Positions 48,477-61,643 of a stretch of DNA of 64,000 bases are shown piece after piece. Position 1 is the first letter of the stretch; every line of letters starts with the position of its first letter. Both the position numbers and the translations under genes were made by a program. This DNA comes from Anthoceros angustus (Eukaryota > Plantae > Anthocerotophyta): positions 434,001 through 498,000 of the forward strand of contig VJWM01000119.1 of the NCBI GenBank assembly GCA_010909165.1. The letters run 5' to 3'. Below the pieces are notes generated by a model. It ran no database searches and was not told the DNA's origin. It saw nothing but the letters and a program-made list of their open reading frames with translations.

Positions 48477-50399
48477 CTACCCCGCCGGGGCCTGTAAGCT
48501 GCTATTGAAGTCCTGCAACTCCTTCGTCACCGCATCTTTGTTCATTCTCTGTGCCTGCAGGGTACAGGACGTGTAGTGCGTGTGAGTGGAGAGCTGGATT
48601 GACAAACATGCCTGGCCAGCTGCATGTGGGCAATCACGAGTACCTGCAAAATGAGCTGTTCCACGAAGTTCGATTTATCCACAGGAAAATCCGAGATCGA
48701 GAGAAGCTCGAAAAGCTGCACGGACGGCATTACAGAAAGTGTCACACCACTCTGCAAGCAGGACAGCCAGTGATGGGGGTTTGGGGAAGGAAGACGTGGG
48801 CAGTAGAATTTGCTGTCGGAGAAGTGGGAGACGCACCTTCTGGGTGTCACCTGCTTTTGTTCTTCCCAAGACTCGTCTCACGTTCACGAGAAACGCTGCA
48901 ACTTCCCCTTGATCCTTCACTGTGCTCTGAGGAGTAACGACAACCCGTCTTCTTTTCCGTGTTCGCATTAAGTCGTCCAAAGACAAAGCTGAAGCTGCAG
49001 GGACGGAGCCAGGACTATCCTCTTCCAAACCACTTCCAGACCTCTCCGGCTGCCCCGAGGTGGCGAGAGGACCTTGCCTATCTTCTGCACTTGCCATGAT
49101 ATTTCTCCTATCCTCCAGGGGCTCCGGAGGAGTGGCCTCATTGCCATTCATTGCAATTCGAGCATGGTCAATCCTTGCTTCTCTTGGGAATGATATACCT
49201 GGTGCCTCAGACATTCTTATGTCGACAGCCTGCCCTCTAGGCTTTGAAGAGTCTGCAGAAATAGCAGACTTGTGAACCTCAGTAACAAGTGCTTGAGAAT
49301 CAGATGAGAGCCTTGTGGGAGGTAACTTCGGTGTTGACAGACGCACCTTCAGATGTACCATCACCGGGAGATGCAATACCGGTAGCAGTCGATGCACCAG
49401 ATGTGGCTGGAGACTCTGCCTTTCTCCGACGTCTTAAATTACGGAATGGAGGTCGACCTGTACCATCTAGCCATGCCTCATCTGCACCATCCTTGTCTTG
49501 ACGATAGGGATTGCCAAACATGGACCGCTTATTTCGGTCCTGGTCTTCGGCCTTCAGAGCAATCATAATTTAATCAGGATCCCAAACAGTGCAGCAAGAG
49601 GTTTGCCCAACTACAATACAGAGCAATGCAAAAAAATGCATCATGTTGCATTAAACAGTCCCTTACAAATGGACTCCTTGGGGATTGGGATTGGCTCCTC
49701 ATCATTGCCTCGTTGAAATCTCCCATCTGCCACGGGTCAAGTATAAGTAAAAGGCAAAACTGGGTGGAGTTGAATTGCTCACTTCTAGTAAGAAAGAATA
49801 CCTTCTCTATTGGCAAAGTATGGCGGGCATCATCTTCCTCCTTAGCCACAAGACGAGCTGCAAGAAGGGTCATGGGTGAGCCTTTTCCCTTGACACCATC
49901 CTTCCCTATCTTGCGACCCTGCATTGCATCCAAAAGCCATAGCCACTCGCAATGGGAAGAACCGCAACTGTCTGCAAACAACGGAGGCCACATATTTTTA
50001 GATGCAGGTGGAAATAGTATTTCTCTTCCAAAGAACGAAAACACTCTCTCTGGACATGTGCAAATCATCTTAAAAGTTCTATCACATCGTCCCCTGTAAC
50101 ATGAACGAGCATATGTTACAGAGCATAAGCATGACCTGACGTCACAAAGGAACAGCCGTTATCCTAGTGCTTCCTGAAAGAGAAAGAGTCCATAGGAGAG
50201 AATAGGAGGACCTTATGAGCTGATCTCGAGGCACATCAAAGGATTCTTGAACAAAGGTGACTCCTTCATAGGTCCTGTGCTTCCCTGTTATTTCATTGCC
50301 TGCCAGAGAGGTGGCAAAACCTTAGACTGGGTCACAAAACACAATGACATCACAAGCAACCCTTCAAAAGCCACACCTGCTGAAGGCGATCCACCACTC
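48477..50399 (-). repeat. Duplicate of the 3' exons of INTS6 (copy of ~52211-54125)
   Basis: Near-identical sequence including introns; contains RSMFGNPYRQDK. Confidence 0.85.
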
Positions 50400-51861
50400 T
50401 CACCACGTCCCTGGCCTTGAGCTCGGATCCCAGCCCGGAGATGAGGCCCTGGACGTAGTCGTAGAAAGTAGTCCGGGGAGTCGCAGACGGCGTAGGCGTG
50501 CACCTTGGCCTGCAAGCTCCCGAGCCGACATCCCACTGCGGCCCCGGCCGTGGTGCCCGCTCCCGCACGCCATCACCACGTCGTGGAAGCTCGACACTCG
50601 GGAACGTCTCCATGCGCCAGCTGCAGTTCCAGCTCCGCACGGCCTCCAGGTACCCCCAAGACCCCAGGAGTTGGACCCCGACCGGGACCAGGTACGGCTT
50701 CCTCCTCCGCTCTGAGCCTGGCCGCCAGCCGCTCCCCAACGCGACGCTGCCGTGGGCCTGGTACTCCTCCTTGGATACCAGCTCCAGATTCGCGCCTACC
50801 AGGCGCTCCACGAGCAGGTTACCCTGCAGCCCGGGGTCCTGCTGGAATCAGCCCCTCCCACCTTTGCGAACTTGATAGTGATCTCCATGACCAATACCAC
50901 AAATTGCAGATACACTACCCCAGCCCCTTGGCGTCCACCACTCTCACCACGTCCCTGGCCTTGAGCTCGGATCCCAGCCCGGAGATGAGGCCCTGGACGT
51001 AGTCGTAGAAAGTAGTCCGGGGAGTCGCAGACGGCGTAGGCGTGCACCTTGGCCTGCAAGCTCCCGAGCCGACATCCCACTGCGGCCCCGGCCGTGGTGC
51101 CCCCGCTCCCGCACGCCATCACCACGTCGTGGAAGCTCGACACTCCGGGAACGTCTCCATGCGCCAGCTGCAGTTCCAGCTCCCGCACGGCCTCCAGGTA
51201 CCCCCAGGAGTTGGACCCCGACCGGGACCAGGTACGGCTTCCTCCCTCCGCTCTGAGCCTGGCCGCCAGCCGCTCCCCAACGCGACGCTGCCGTGGGCCT
51301 GGTACTCCTCCTTGGATACCAGCTCCAGATTCGCGCCTACCAGGCGCTCCACGAGCAGGTTACCCTGCAGCCCGGGGTCCTGCTCCAGCAACGCCTGGCT
51401 GGTGCGGAGGATGAGGAAGCTGTCCAGGCCCAGGTAGCGAGCAGCCACGGCCGTGGCGCGGCAGTGGTTGCTCTGGATCCCGCCGATGGTGATGACGCAG
51501 TCCGCGCCCTGGAGCTTGGCGTCCGCCAGCAGGAATTCCAGCTTCCGGACCTTGTTGCCGCTCAGCTGGAGGCCGGTGAGATCGTCGCGCTTGATCCAGA
51601 CCTGAGTGCCCTCGGGGAGCGAGGCAGATCCCAGCGGTGCACAGGGGTCGGGAGATGGCCTAGTCCTGTCCAGTGCGACGGCAGGGGATGCAGCCCTTCC
51701 GCCCAGCTGGGAGGGCGGTAGGTGCTGTCTCCAGCATCCCCGGTCGCCGCCCGCTGCTGTCCTTCCTCCCGGCGCGGCCATGGCTGCCGCCCTCCTCCGC
51801 TGCGCCTGCTGCCCTGGCCGAGCCGTGGAAGCCCGCCGCAGCCGCTTGCAGCCGCAGCATG
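50390..51861 (-). pseudogene. Two fragmentary, frameshifted DCD copies interleaved with an INTS6 snippet (50833-50924)
   Basis: Matches 47161-48124 apart from scattered indels; junctions at 9-10 bp microhomologies. Confidence 0.8.
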
Positions 51862-52210
51862 CCGCGGTTTCCTGGAAGCTTCACGCGGTTGGAGTTCTCA
51901 ATAGAGCTCAAACCAACTGGGGACTTCCTCGGCCTGAATGGTTGCAGTCTTCTGCTACTGTTCCAGGCTAGGGGGGTGTGGAACCATCCTGCCAGTCGCA
52001 GTGGGAAGAAGAAACTCAGGAAGAGCCTTCGTCCCTGATGAAATCACCAATGCACGCATTGCCTTCCTGTCAGCGCAAGAAAACGGCGAATTATGCTTAC
52101 ACTCGACACGGACGAACCTTCAGGATGCCCATCTCTGAGGCTTTGCCCTGAGGTCACCATGGAACTCGGGTTTCCGAGTGCCTGTTGCCGTCCGTGCACG
52201 ACGGACCAGG

Positions 52211-55200
52211 CTACCCCGCCGGGGCCTGTAAGCTGCTATTGAAGTCCTGCAACTCCTTCGTCACCGCATCTTTGTTCATTCTCTGTGCCTGCAGGGTACA
52301 GGACGTGTAGTGCGTGTGGTGGAGCTGGATTGACAAACATGCCTGGCCAGCTGCATGTGGGCAATCACGAGTACCTGCAAAATGAGCTGTTCCACGAAGT
52401 TCGATTTATCCACAGGAAAATCCGAGATCGAGAGAAGCTCGAAAGCTGCACGGACGGCATTACAGAAAGTGTCACACCACTCTGCAAGCAGGACAGCCAG
52501 TGATGGGGGTTTGGGAAGGAAGACGTGGGCAGTAGAATTTGCTGTCGGAGAAGTGGAGACGCACCTTCTGGGTGTCACCTGCTTTTGTTCTTCCCAAGAC
52601 TCGTCTCACGTTCACGAGAAACGCTGCAACTTCCCTTGATCCTTCACTGTGCTCTGAGGAGTAACGACAACCCGTCTTCTTTCCGTGTTCGCATTAAGTC
52701 GTCCAAAGACAAAGCTGAAGCTGCAGGGACGGAGCCAGGACTATCCTCTTCCAAACCACTTCCAGACCTCTCCGGCTGCCCCGAGGTGGCGAGAGGACCT
52801 TGCCTATCTTCTGCACTTGCCATGATATTTCTCCTATCCTCCAGGGGCTCCGGAGGAGTGGCCTCATTGCCATTCATTGCAATTCGAGCATGGTCAATCC
52901 TTGCTTCTCTTGGGAATGATATACCTGGTGCCTCAGACATTCTTATGTCGACAGCCTGCCCTCTAGGCTTTGAAGAGTCTGCAGAAATAGCAGACTTGTG
53001 AACCTCAGTAACAAGTGCTTGAGAATCAGATGAGAGCCTTGTGGGGGAGGTAACTTCGGTGTTGACAGACGCACCTTCAGATGTACCATCACCGGGAGAT
53101 GCAATACCGGTAGCAGTCGATGCACCAGATGTGGCTGGAGACTCTGCCTTTCTCCGACGTCTTAAATTACGGAATGGAGGTCGACCTGTACCATCTAGCC
53201 ATGCCTCATCTGCACCATCCTTGTCTTGACGATAGGGATTGCCAAACATGGACCGCTTATTTCGGTCCTGGTCTTCGGCCTTCAGAGCAATCATAATTTA
53301 ATCAGGATCCCAAACAGTGCAGCAAGAGGTTTGCCAACTACAATACAGAGTAATGCAAAAATGCATCATGTTGCATTAAACAGTCCTTACAAATGGACTC
53401 CTTGGGGATTGGGATTGGCTCCTCATCATTGCCTCGTTGAAATCTCCCATCTGCCACGGGTCAAGTATAAGTAAAAGGCAAAACTGGGTGGAGTTGAATT
53501 GCTCACTTCTAGTAAGAAAGAATACCTTCTCTATTGGCAAAGTATGGCGGGCATCATCTTCCTCCTTAGCCACAAGACGAGCTGCAAGAAGGGTCATGGG
53601 TGAGCCTTTTCCCTTGACACCATCCTTCCCTATCTTGCGACCCTGCATTGCATCCAAAGCCATAGCCACTCGCAATGGGAAGAACCGCAACTGTCTGCAA
53701 ACAACGGAGGGCCACATATTTTAGATGCAGGTGGAAATAGTATTTCTCTTCCAAAGAACGAAAACACTCTCTCTGGACATGTGCAAATCATCTTAAAAGT
53801 TCTATCACATCGTCCCCTGTAACATGAACGAGCATATGTTACAGAGCATAAGCATGACCTGACGTCACAAAGGAACAGCCGTTATCCTAGTGCTTCCTGA
53901 AAGAGAAAGAGTCCATAGGAGAGAATAGGAGGACCTTATGAGCTGATCTCGAGGCACATCAAAGGGATTCTTGAACAAAGGTGACTCCTTCATAGGTCCT
54001 GTGCTTCCCCCTGTTATTTCATTGCCTGCCAGAGAGGTGGCAAAACCTTAGACTGGGTCACAAAACACAATGACATCACAAGCAACCCTTCAAAAGCCAC
54101 ACCTGCTGAAGGCGATCCACCACTCAAAGAGGGTCCTGCTGGAATCAGCCCCTCCCCACCTTTGCGAACTTGATAGTGATCTCCATGACCAATACCACAA
54201 ATTGCAGATACACTACCCCAGCTGGTGCTTGTAGGGCTGCTTGTTGCACCTGCAAAGTTGACCCCACTGTTGAAGCCTGGAGGAGCTTCTGCATTTGGTG
54301 AAGCAGATGAATTTGCCTGTGGTGGACGCCGCCCTCGAGGACCTGGCTTTAAGGCATTGGGACCTATGTTCTGCTGATCATTCTGCATCAGAGCCACGAT
54401 ACAGGTGGAGATGTAGCAACAACAGGAGAGGCAGGCTCCATTGAATAGACAATTAAGAAAAGCAGCCACACAGCGGCAAGCACCCAGCACCCTATGCAGA
54501 AGTTTACCAGAATACGAGACATTTCAACACTCAGTTCCTCACATGCCTGAGCTTTGAGTCGTTCCAATTGTGTTCCAATAGAATTGTAGAATACATTATC
54601 CATGGAGTCAGGAACAAAATGCGATTGGATACCCAAACGCTTCAAGGCTTTTCTAAGGGGATTTCCATAATATGGAGGGATGCTTTGACAGTATCTTTCC
54701 ATGTCTTGACGCCATTGAGGAAGGGGAGCATGCTTTGCAGACCCAGCAGGCATTTTCCCAACTTGATCTAGGAGCTGCCACAGAACCTGCAAAGAATCCA
54801 GGTCCAAAACATGGAATGATCAGTGGGACCAACAGCTCATATCAAGCCTTTCTTCTCTATCTTGTTACCAAACTATGGAGTAAAAAGGAGCAAGAGCTCA
54901 CAGGGTAGTTGTAGGGTAAAACAATCAGCGTAAGGATGCTGCCCTGCCGATTGAGTCGGAGATATCTGCATTGCATCATGATCGCACAGGAAAGCCTCCA
55001 CATCAAACGAATCCATTGGTTCAGAAACGACAGTATGCCTCACCAGCAAGGTCTGCACGTCCTCACCCAAAAGGATCTCCGTAACTATTTGGACCTTTGC
55101 TATTTCGAATAAATACTTGCCAGCAGACACCTGGTGGTGCCTTCAGGAGAAAGCCGACAATTGGGTTTGCTTCAATCTGTACCACATTAGAAAACTCAGT

Positions 55201-57107
55201 CTTCAGAGGCTGTGCTGGTATAGAGTCAGTACCTCTTCCTACATGAGCATAAAGTCAACCCGTCTCATACATTTTGAAGGCACTAAACTCATTGTTAATG
55301 ATCTGCCTCCAATTCTCCATTCATCACGAGTACCTCATATTTGTCATAGATGAAGTTTGCTGGAATATAAGGATCAGCGTCAATTGCTTTGTAAGAAATA
55401 ACCGGTTGTGACTCTCGCGGTGGAAGGCCAGGATGTGAAGGATCCCATAAGTAAGGCTCTGGAATTGGCCAGTGCCCTTGGCCTCCTGCTGGACCTCCTC
55501 GAATAAACATCATTTTCCGCTGGCAAGCATTATGGACCTACGCCATCAGAAACAAAAAGCATTCTCGAATTTCTCAAACTACTTTCCTCTGGTTTGTAGT
55601 CTCAAATCTATGACACCGTGGAAGATCCAAATCAGATTTCAATCTTGATAGTCTGACATCATTTCCTAGCAAAGACACTGAGCATACCATGGGTAGAAGA
55701 TGCAAAATTGGTTCGAAGGAGACAATCACACAAGGCAGCAACCGGCTAGCAGTGAGCTCTGTGTGATGTATGAGGGCCTTCAAGCTTGTAGCAACAAAGC
55801 ACTTACCTCTGCAAGAGTAGCAAGCAAACTAGTTAGACCCTGGGCAAAATAGACTGTTCACAGAGACCTGCACACACTCATTTCACCAATCTCACCCTGT
55901 GAACTCACAAAAGGCTGATATATTGCTATCCATAGCGACAGCAGACACCGAGCCTGATATTGGTGCATTTTGAGGAATAGGACCACTCCTCTCCAACACC
56001 GCTGCACTGACTGAAGGTATCCTATATCAAGATGCAGGGACCCATTAGACCGGAGTGTATATGTCATGTTGGTGCGCCATGAGGTGCACCAATGACTAAA
56101 TACACACTGAAATAGCAGGCCGAAATTAGCACTGCAGAGCAATCAAAATACACCTCAGTACAGTCGCAAAAACTCGTTGATCCCAACGAAAAGGTTGCAT
56201 AGACAAATCTGCACCTACTGGCACTGGGCCACTAGGCAACAGTGTCTGAGCAACACCTGACTACATTGCAAAGAGAAATCAACATCAGGTGTGAATCAGG
56301 TCCCACGAGAAAGAGAACAATCTTCAATTAGAATAAGCCATGAGGACCTTGTACCAGGGTAGTCAGTTCGGTGCCATCTGTCAAGAGCATTATCGTTGTT
56401 GGGTCTACTGAACAGGGATTTCGCCCTTGACCTACACCACACGGTAACAAAGCTAATTCATCGACTTTCCTTCGAACATCTGGTAGCAGCACTCTTATCT
56501 CACACATCATACCAAACTTGTCAATGTCTGCAGCAAGTCGCTGAAGATGAAGGAATGCAAAGATCCTTTGCATGGACGCGCCAATGTTGGTAAGATCACG
56601 AGCCTTCACACTTTTCAGGGCCCGCAAGAAGTGCGTATAGGGGAATTTGTCCAGAACCTGGCAATCGGCATGAGCCACACCAATTCAGCTGCAGGCAATT
56701 GCGGTCAAGCAGGCACCCCAATCCCGCGAGCTCTGTACCTTAATAACATCAGGACCCTCCTCGCAGGTAACCAGCATGTACCTGCCACACCAAGCCACGG
56801 CAGAGCTCTTCAGACAAAATCCCACATTCCTGCTTCCCCCAAACAGAAACCCTGACAAAAATCTCTCTGCCAAGCACGCTGCAGCTACCTGTCACTTCGA
56901 TTGGCAGTATCCCGCAAGCGAGCCTGGAACACAAACCGAGCGTGTCAGCACATCTTCCAAACTGCCGAGGGACATGCCACTGCAGCCAGCCAAAATCACC
57001 TTGAGGAACTGCTCGACCGCGCTTTTCGCCGAGTCCAGCAGCGTGAGGCCATTGGCACAGCGCTGGTTCATGGACGCGCTGGTGTCCAGCAGAAACACGA
57101 TCAACAT
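52211..57107 (-). CDS. INTS6: Integrator complex subunit 6 (vWA domain), multi-exon
   Basis: MLIVFLLDTSASMNQR..LLDSAKSAVEQFLK, RYMLVTCEE, IDKFG|QGRNP...IMLLTDG, GHWPIPE, PPYYGNPLRKAL and MFGNPY all match INTS6/DDX26 landmarks. Confidence 0.88.
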
Positions 57108-58072
57108 GATGACCTGTCTGCTGGACTCCCTTCAGGGCCACTTGCTACGCCCAGATGCCATGAGTGCACGCTTGTTCAGGCCACAATCCCGCCCATAGCA
57201 CAGTTCGGCCAGCCCATGACCGTGCCCAAATTCCCATCCAGTTGCAGCTAGTGAGTCTGGAATCTGTCACTCCGATCCAAATCGAATTCACTTCACGACT
57301 GAAACCCGGCCACAAGCTCCGTCAAGCCACTACACAGCAACTCTCATCAGATCGCCTGTTGCCTGACTTCGCTTCACGTTTCAGATCCAAAGCTTCGTTT
57401 CAGACCAGTTGTTTTAGGGATTGTTCGCATCGCCAAAACACTTTCAACTCTACTGATACCATGCAATCAGCCTTTTGCCTGGACCCAATGCATCCTCGTG
57501 GTATCGGATCTACTTTTTCCAGCTGGATTTCTTTTTCCATTTTTTATTTATAAAATCATATAATTTTATCATGAGACAAGCAAGCTAGCACTCCAAATCA
57601 GCAAGGCAAGGGCAAGTGAAGTTTACAACACTGCTATAACTAATCCCCACTGCTGAAGGACTCAATGAAGGGCAACGCCATTGCCATTATGACTAAGCCT
57701 ATCTAGCAAGTTTGTTAGTTTCATAGCTATAAGAACTTGAACAAAAGCTAAGTAATTATGAAATATATCATGGCTTTCAAAAAGAGAAACAAGTGAATTT
57801 AGAGAGGCCCTGACCATTCTTGTCATTTCGTTAGAAAGAAACATCATGCAAACTATTGTGATAGAAATAATTTACATATTCAGCGGACTTAATAAGCATA
57901 TTATGTCTATCCAAGTTAATTAAGTTTAATAAAAACATGATTACTACTTTCTAACCCCCGGCGTGGTGCCCTTCGTTGGGTTTTTCCCTCTTTGTTTTTG
58001 GGGTGGATGGGTTTTTCCCATCTCTTTTTTATGATAAAGTCTTCTTTTCCTCTTTCTGAAGTTAAAGATAAC

Positions 58073-58145
58073 TTTGTTGGAATGTAGTCGGTGAAGATAC
58101 TTGGCTCTTACTCCAGCAACCCGGATTTGAGTCCTGGCAACAAAA
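58073..58145 (+). pseudogene. tRNA-Glu(CTC)-derived pseudogene / SINE head
   Basis: The 73-nt TTTGTTGGAATGTAGTCGGTGAAGATACTTGGCTCTTACTCCAGCAACCCGGATTTGAGTCCTGGCAACAAAA aligns without gaps to plant tRNA-Glu as recalled, with mostly C>T/G>A changes. Confidence 0.7.
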
Positions 58146-58819
58146 TATGCTTGCAATATAAGATGCATTCTTCATTCTTCTTCTCATGAGCATAAGAAGA
58201 CATTCAATCACATAAGCAATGAGCGATCGAAACTATAATAGACTTCTCCTTCTTCTAATGAGCCACCCGAGTTCGAGACTTGACTCTCACCCGAAAGACA
58301 AACCATAGAAAATGAAATCTTCATCCACCATAAGCAAACACTAAATCACATAAGTAACTAACTCAATATAATTAATTAAGAATGATTCTTTTATTTTCAT
58401 CCACTATAATAAAAGACTAGATCATCTAAAGAAGTAAAATTCATCCTAAGACTAACTACTTTTGATTTTTTCCTCAATAAAATATATCAACTCCTATAGT
58501 TACTTACAATATAAAGAGTATTAAGGAGTGTGAAAATGAGACGACTACCGCACAAACATTGCTTTGGCTCAGTTAAAGCTTGCCCCCATCTAAATTGCCA
58601 GCACGACCAAGAAGATAATTTGCAGGTAGGATTGGTAATTTGCAGGTAGGATGGATAATTTGCAGGTAGGATTGATGCCATGCTGTTGAACTATGGAATC
58701 AAACGACTCGCGTAGAAGGCAAGTAAAACTGACTTCGTCAGGTTGGATGCCGGCCCTCAAAAACAAGCTTGTGATATCTTGGGGTGTACTGTCCTAAACC
58801 CCAAGATATCACAAGTAGT

Positions 58820-59450
58820 ATCATAACCAGATATCAGGGCGGTCCATGTCTCCACAGTAAGCTGTAAAATCTCGCGTGCATTTCCAGTTCATCACATTGT
58901 GCATACATGTCCAGCAGGCACTTGCCTGGGACACTACGTTATCCAGCAGTCCTCTTTTACAATCTGAGAGTGCAAATGCCTGCCCTTCCGTAATTGCACA
59001 GGCCTTGAGAAGGCAAGCAAAATGAGGCCCTCTTGCTCCATCTGTCCATACAGAACACGCGACTCTTGGAAGAAGAGTCCTCGCGCATACCCAGCAATGA
59101 GCGCCGTCCATGTCACAACATCCATGGGTGGCCAATCTGGCGTGCACCTTCCAGTTCACCACATTTTGCATACATGTCCATCCGTTCAGTTTCCAACAAA
59201 CAAGTCAGGAGGAATGCCACTGTGCACCACATCACAGTGCACTCCAAGTCGGCAGCAGATGCACAAGATTGAAGGGCAGCTACAAAGACATAACGGATTC
59301 GCCTTCGCTCCTGACCCTGGTGAAGACATCCATGGCCTCCTGCAGCCCACCTCCACATGCGTACATGCGCAAGACATGGTTTCCCATTTACGCATCCTAC
59401 TCGTACCCAAGAGGAATGTGGTTGCATGCTTGAGTACTTAGAGTTAGCCC
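58820..59450 (-). pseudogene. PLS-PPR pseudogene
   Basis: MGNHVLRMY, VFVAALQSCASAADL, MDMYAKCGELEGARQI and DVVTWTALIAGYAR are spread across shifting frames. Confidence 0.8.
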
Positions 59451-61541
59451 GTGAGCTAGAGCTCAAAGTCTGTCCCTAACCATAGGGAGCTGTAAGAAAG
59501 TTACAGGTAATCCGTGACGAGTGCGACAGATTCCGAATGGATTCAGACTCAGATGAATCCTTGATCGACTGATTCACGGCTTGCTCGAAATGTAACTCGT
59601 GCTCTCATGCATCATCCGAACTCTGTTACTCGCCAAGACCTGGCGTGGGGTGGCAACTGGGACTCGAACAATCAGCATTACGTTTCTCTCCGAGCCCTAA
59701 AGCCAGGTCTAGGGCTCCAGTGCTCTGGTTGAATTGTTTTTGGCATCGCCGGCACTGTATGGTTCTTTCAGTACGAATCAGGCGGCTTGGCGGCATTTTG
59801 TCTCCGCTTACCATGTGTGCAACTGCCATCGCTGGAATCATGCTGAGATCTGCTGACGATTTGTTGAACCAGTGCCATGGAATCATCAAAACGATAGCAT
59901 GGATTGAACAGTGGCACTGGTTCACCCAATCAGCTAGGGTGATTCCACCGATCGTCAGTTACACACTTTGCAAGTGGAGGAATCATCTTGAAGATCTTTT
60001 GATCCTGTGGCACACGAGTGGAACCTCGCAGTGGATACCTGTGTGTCAAATGGAAAACTGGATGAGCTTACTTGGGAAGAGGTAGGGACTGTTTGGTGAC
60101 GCCTTGCTGCTTTGTGGCTGAGGTTACCGTGGCGCAGGATGCGGCAGGGGTTTGACGGAACAAGACCATGAGATGCTAGCCAGGATAGCCGAGCTCATAC
60201 TTTTCACAGGAGGCTGGGGAGCTGGCAACGCCAGTTCCTACAGGGGACACGGAGCTGGAGGCCATCAACAGAGAGTCGCAGGGCCAAGGAGTTGGATCTC
60301 AAGAGGTACCAGACCATGATGAACAAGGTGGGAGCTGCTGTGCGTGGAGGATACCCTCGCCAAAGCTGAGCAGCTGTATCTTTCACGTGCTCAAGTTGCT
60401 GAGGGAGCGCGTCGCAGTAGTCGCTGGACGAGTTGTGGTCCAAGTATCGTGATGCTGGCAGTGCGGGGCACCTGCAGATGGAAGTGGAGCAGCCTCTTGA
60501 GCTTGGCAAGAGATAGGCTCGAAGACCATAACGGTTTCAGAGCGCTGAGACGGACCGGATCGAGGAAATCGTCGGGCAGTGGATCCTGTCAGCGAAGCCC
60601 ATTGCGAATCTGCAGGTGGAGCACGAGGTTAGGCGGAACTCTGAAAGAGGTCCATGAAGTTGATGTTGTTAAAAGTGTGGAGGATGTCCGGGAGTTCACT
60701 GACGAGCTTGACTCTGATTAAGGCCGTCTAGCACGTTTTTTGAAGGAAAGGATGAAGCTCGGTATTGTCTTTCTAGCCGCAGGGGAAACAAACGACTAAG
60801 AGAGAGAGACATTGCTGGGAAGACAAGGTTTCCCACACCAGTGTCAAGCATCCCTAATCTCACTTATGCAACTATTAGCATCTGAATCACAAACAAGGCA
60901 TTCTTCATTCTTAAGCAGTGCAGGCCAGCGAGTGACCTTGGGGGATTACGAAGGTTGATGAAATATCACATCAGGTACTCTCTCATCTACACTCTAGCCG
61001 AAAGGCTCGAGTATCAAACTGCACGGGAAAGGTCCCTCTGTGAAGATACCAACCATATTGATTTGAGGACAGGTGGTTCTGGAAACCCTAGCCTAGTTTT
61101 CAACAAATGCACCAGGTCACTGAGTCTTTGATTAGGCAACTATGACTCCGCTAGAGTTCATTGACCGTCTGGTAACGGGATGCAAGAGATGGTGGCTCCG
61201 GGCATGTGCAGCTCACGGGTAGAGCTACAAATTCTTTGAAGCAATTCATGTAAGCTATTCTCACCCAGAGAGGGTTGTCACTGGAGGAAGACAACGGTCT
61301 TTTACTCCACTGCAATGTCAAGTAACAGCGTGACGCATGGTGAGCCAGTCAATCAAAGCACAACTGAGCTCCTGGTACGTAAAGCTCAACACCTCTATGG
61401 TTTTGGATCGCACCTCGGGGTGTAGAGTCTATTGGCAACGCTGGTTTAATTGTTGCATGAGCCCTTACGTAACCTTCTACTATCACTCCCTACTTTTCCG
61501 ACTTGTGGCAATACTTAGTGCTCTGGCGGGAGATCCAGCGA

Positions 61542-61643
61542 AATTGAGGACTGGCCAGGCGGATGAAGCCTCACAATCATGAGGTGTCAACAGAATTGAG
61601 GACTGGCCAGGCGGATGAAGCCTTACATTCATGAGGTGTCAAC
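61542..61643. repeat. ~52-bp tandem duplication
   Basis: aattgaggactggccaggcggatgaagcc..aca.tcatgaggtgtcaac x2. Confidence 0.85.

Noticed and set aside
58220-58295. Second tRNA-like fragment (gagttcgagac)
   Set aside because: Only a B-box-like motif; stems are not recoverable.
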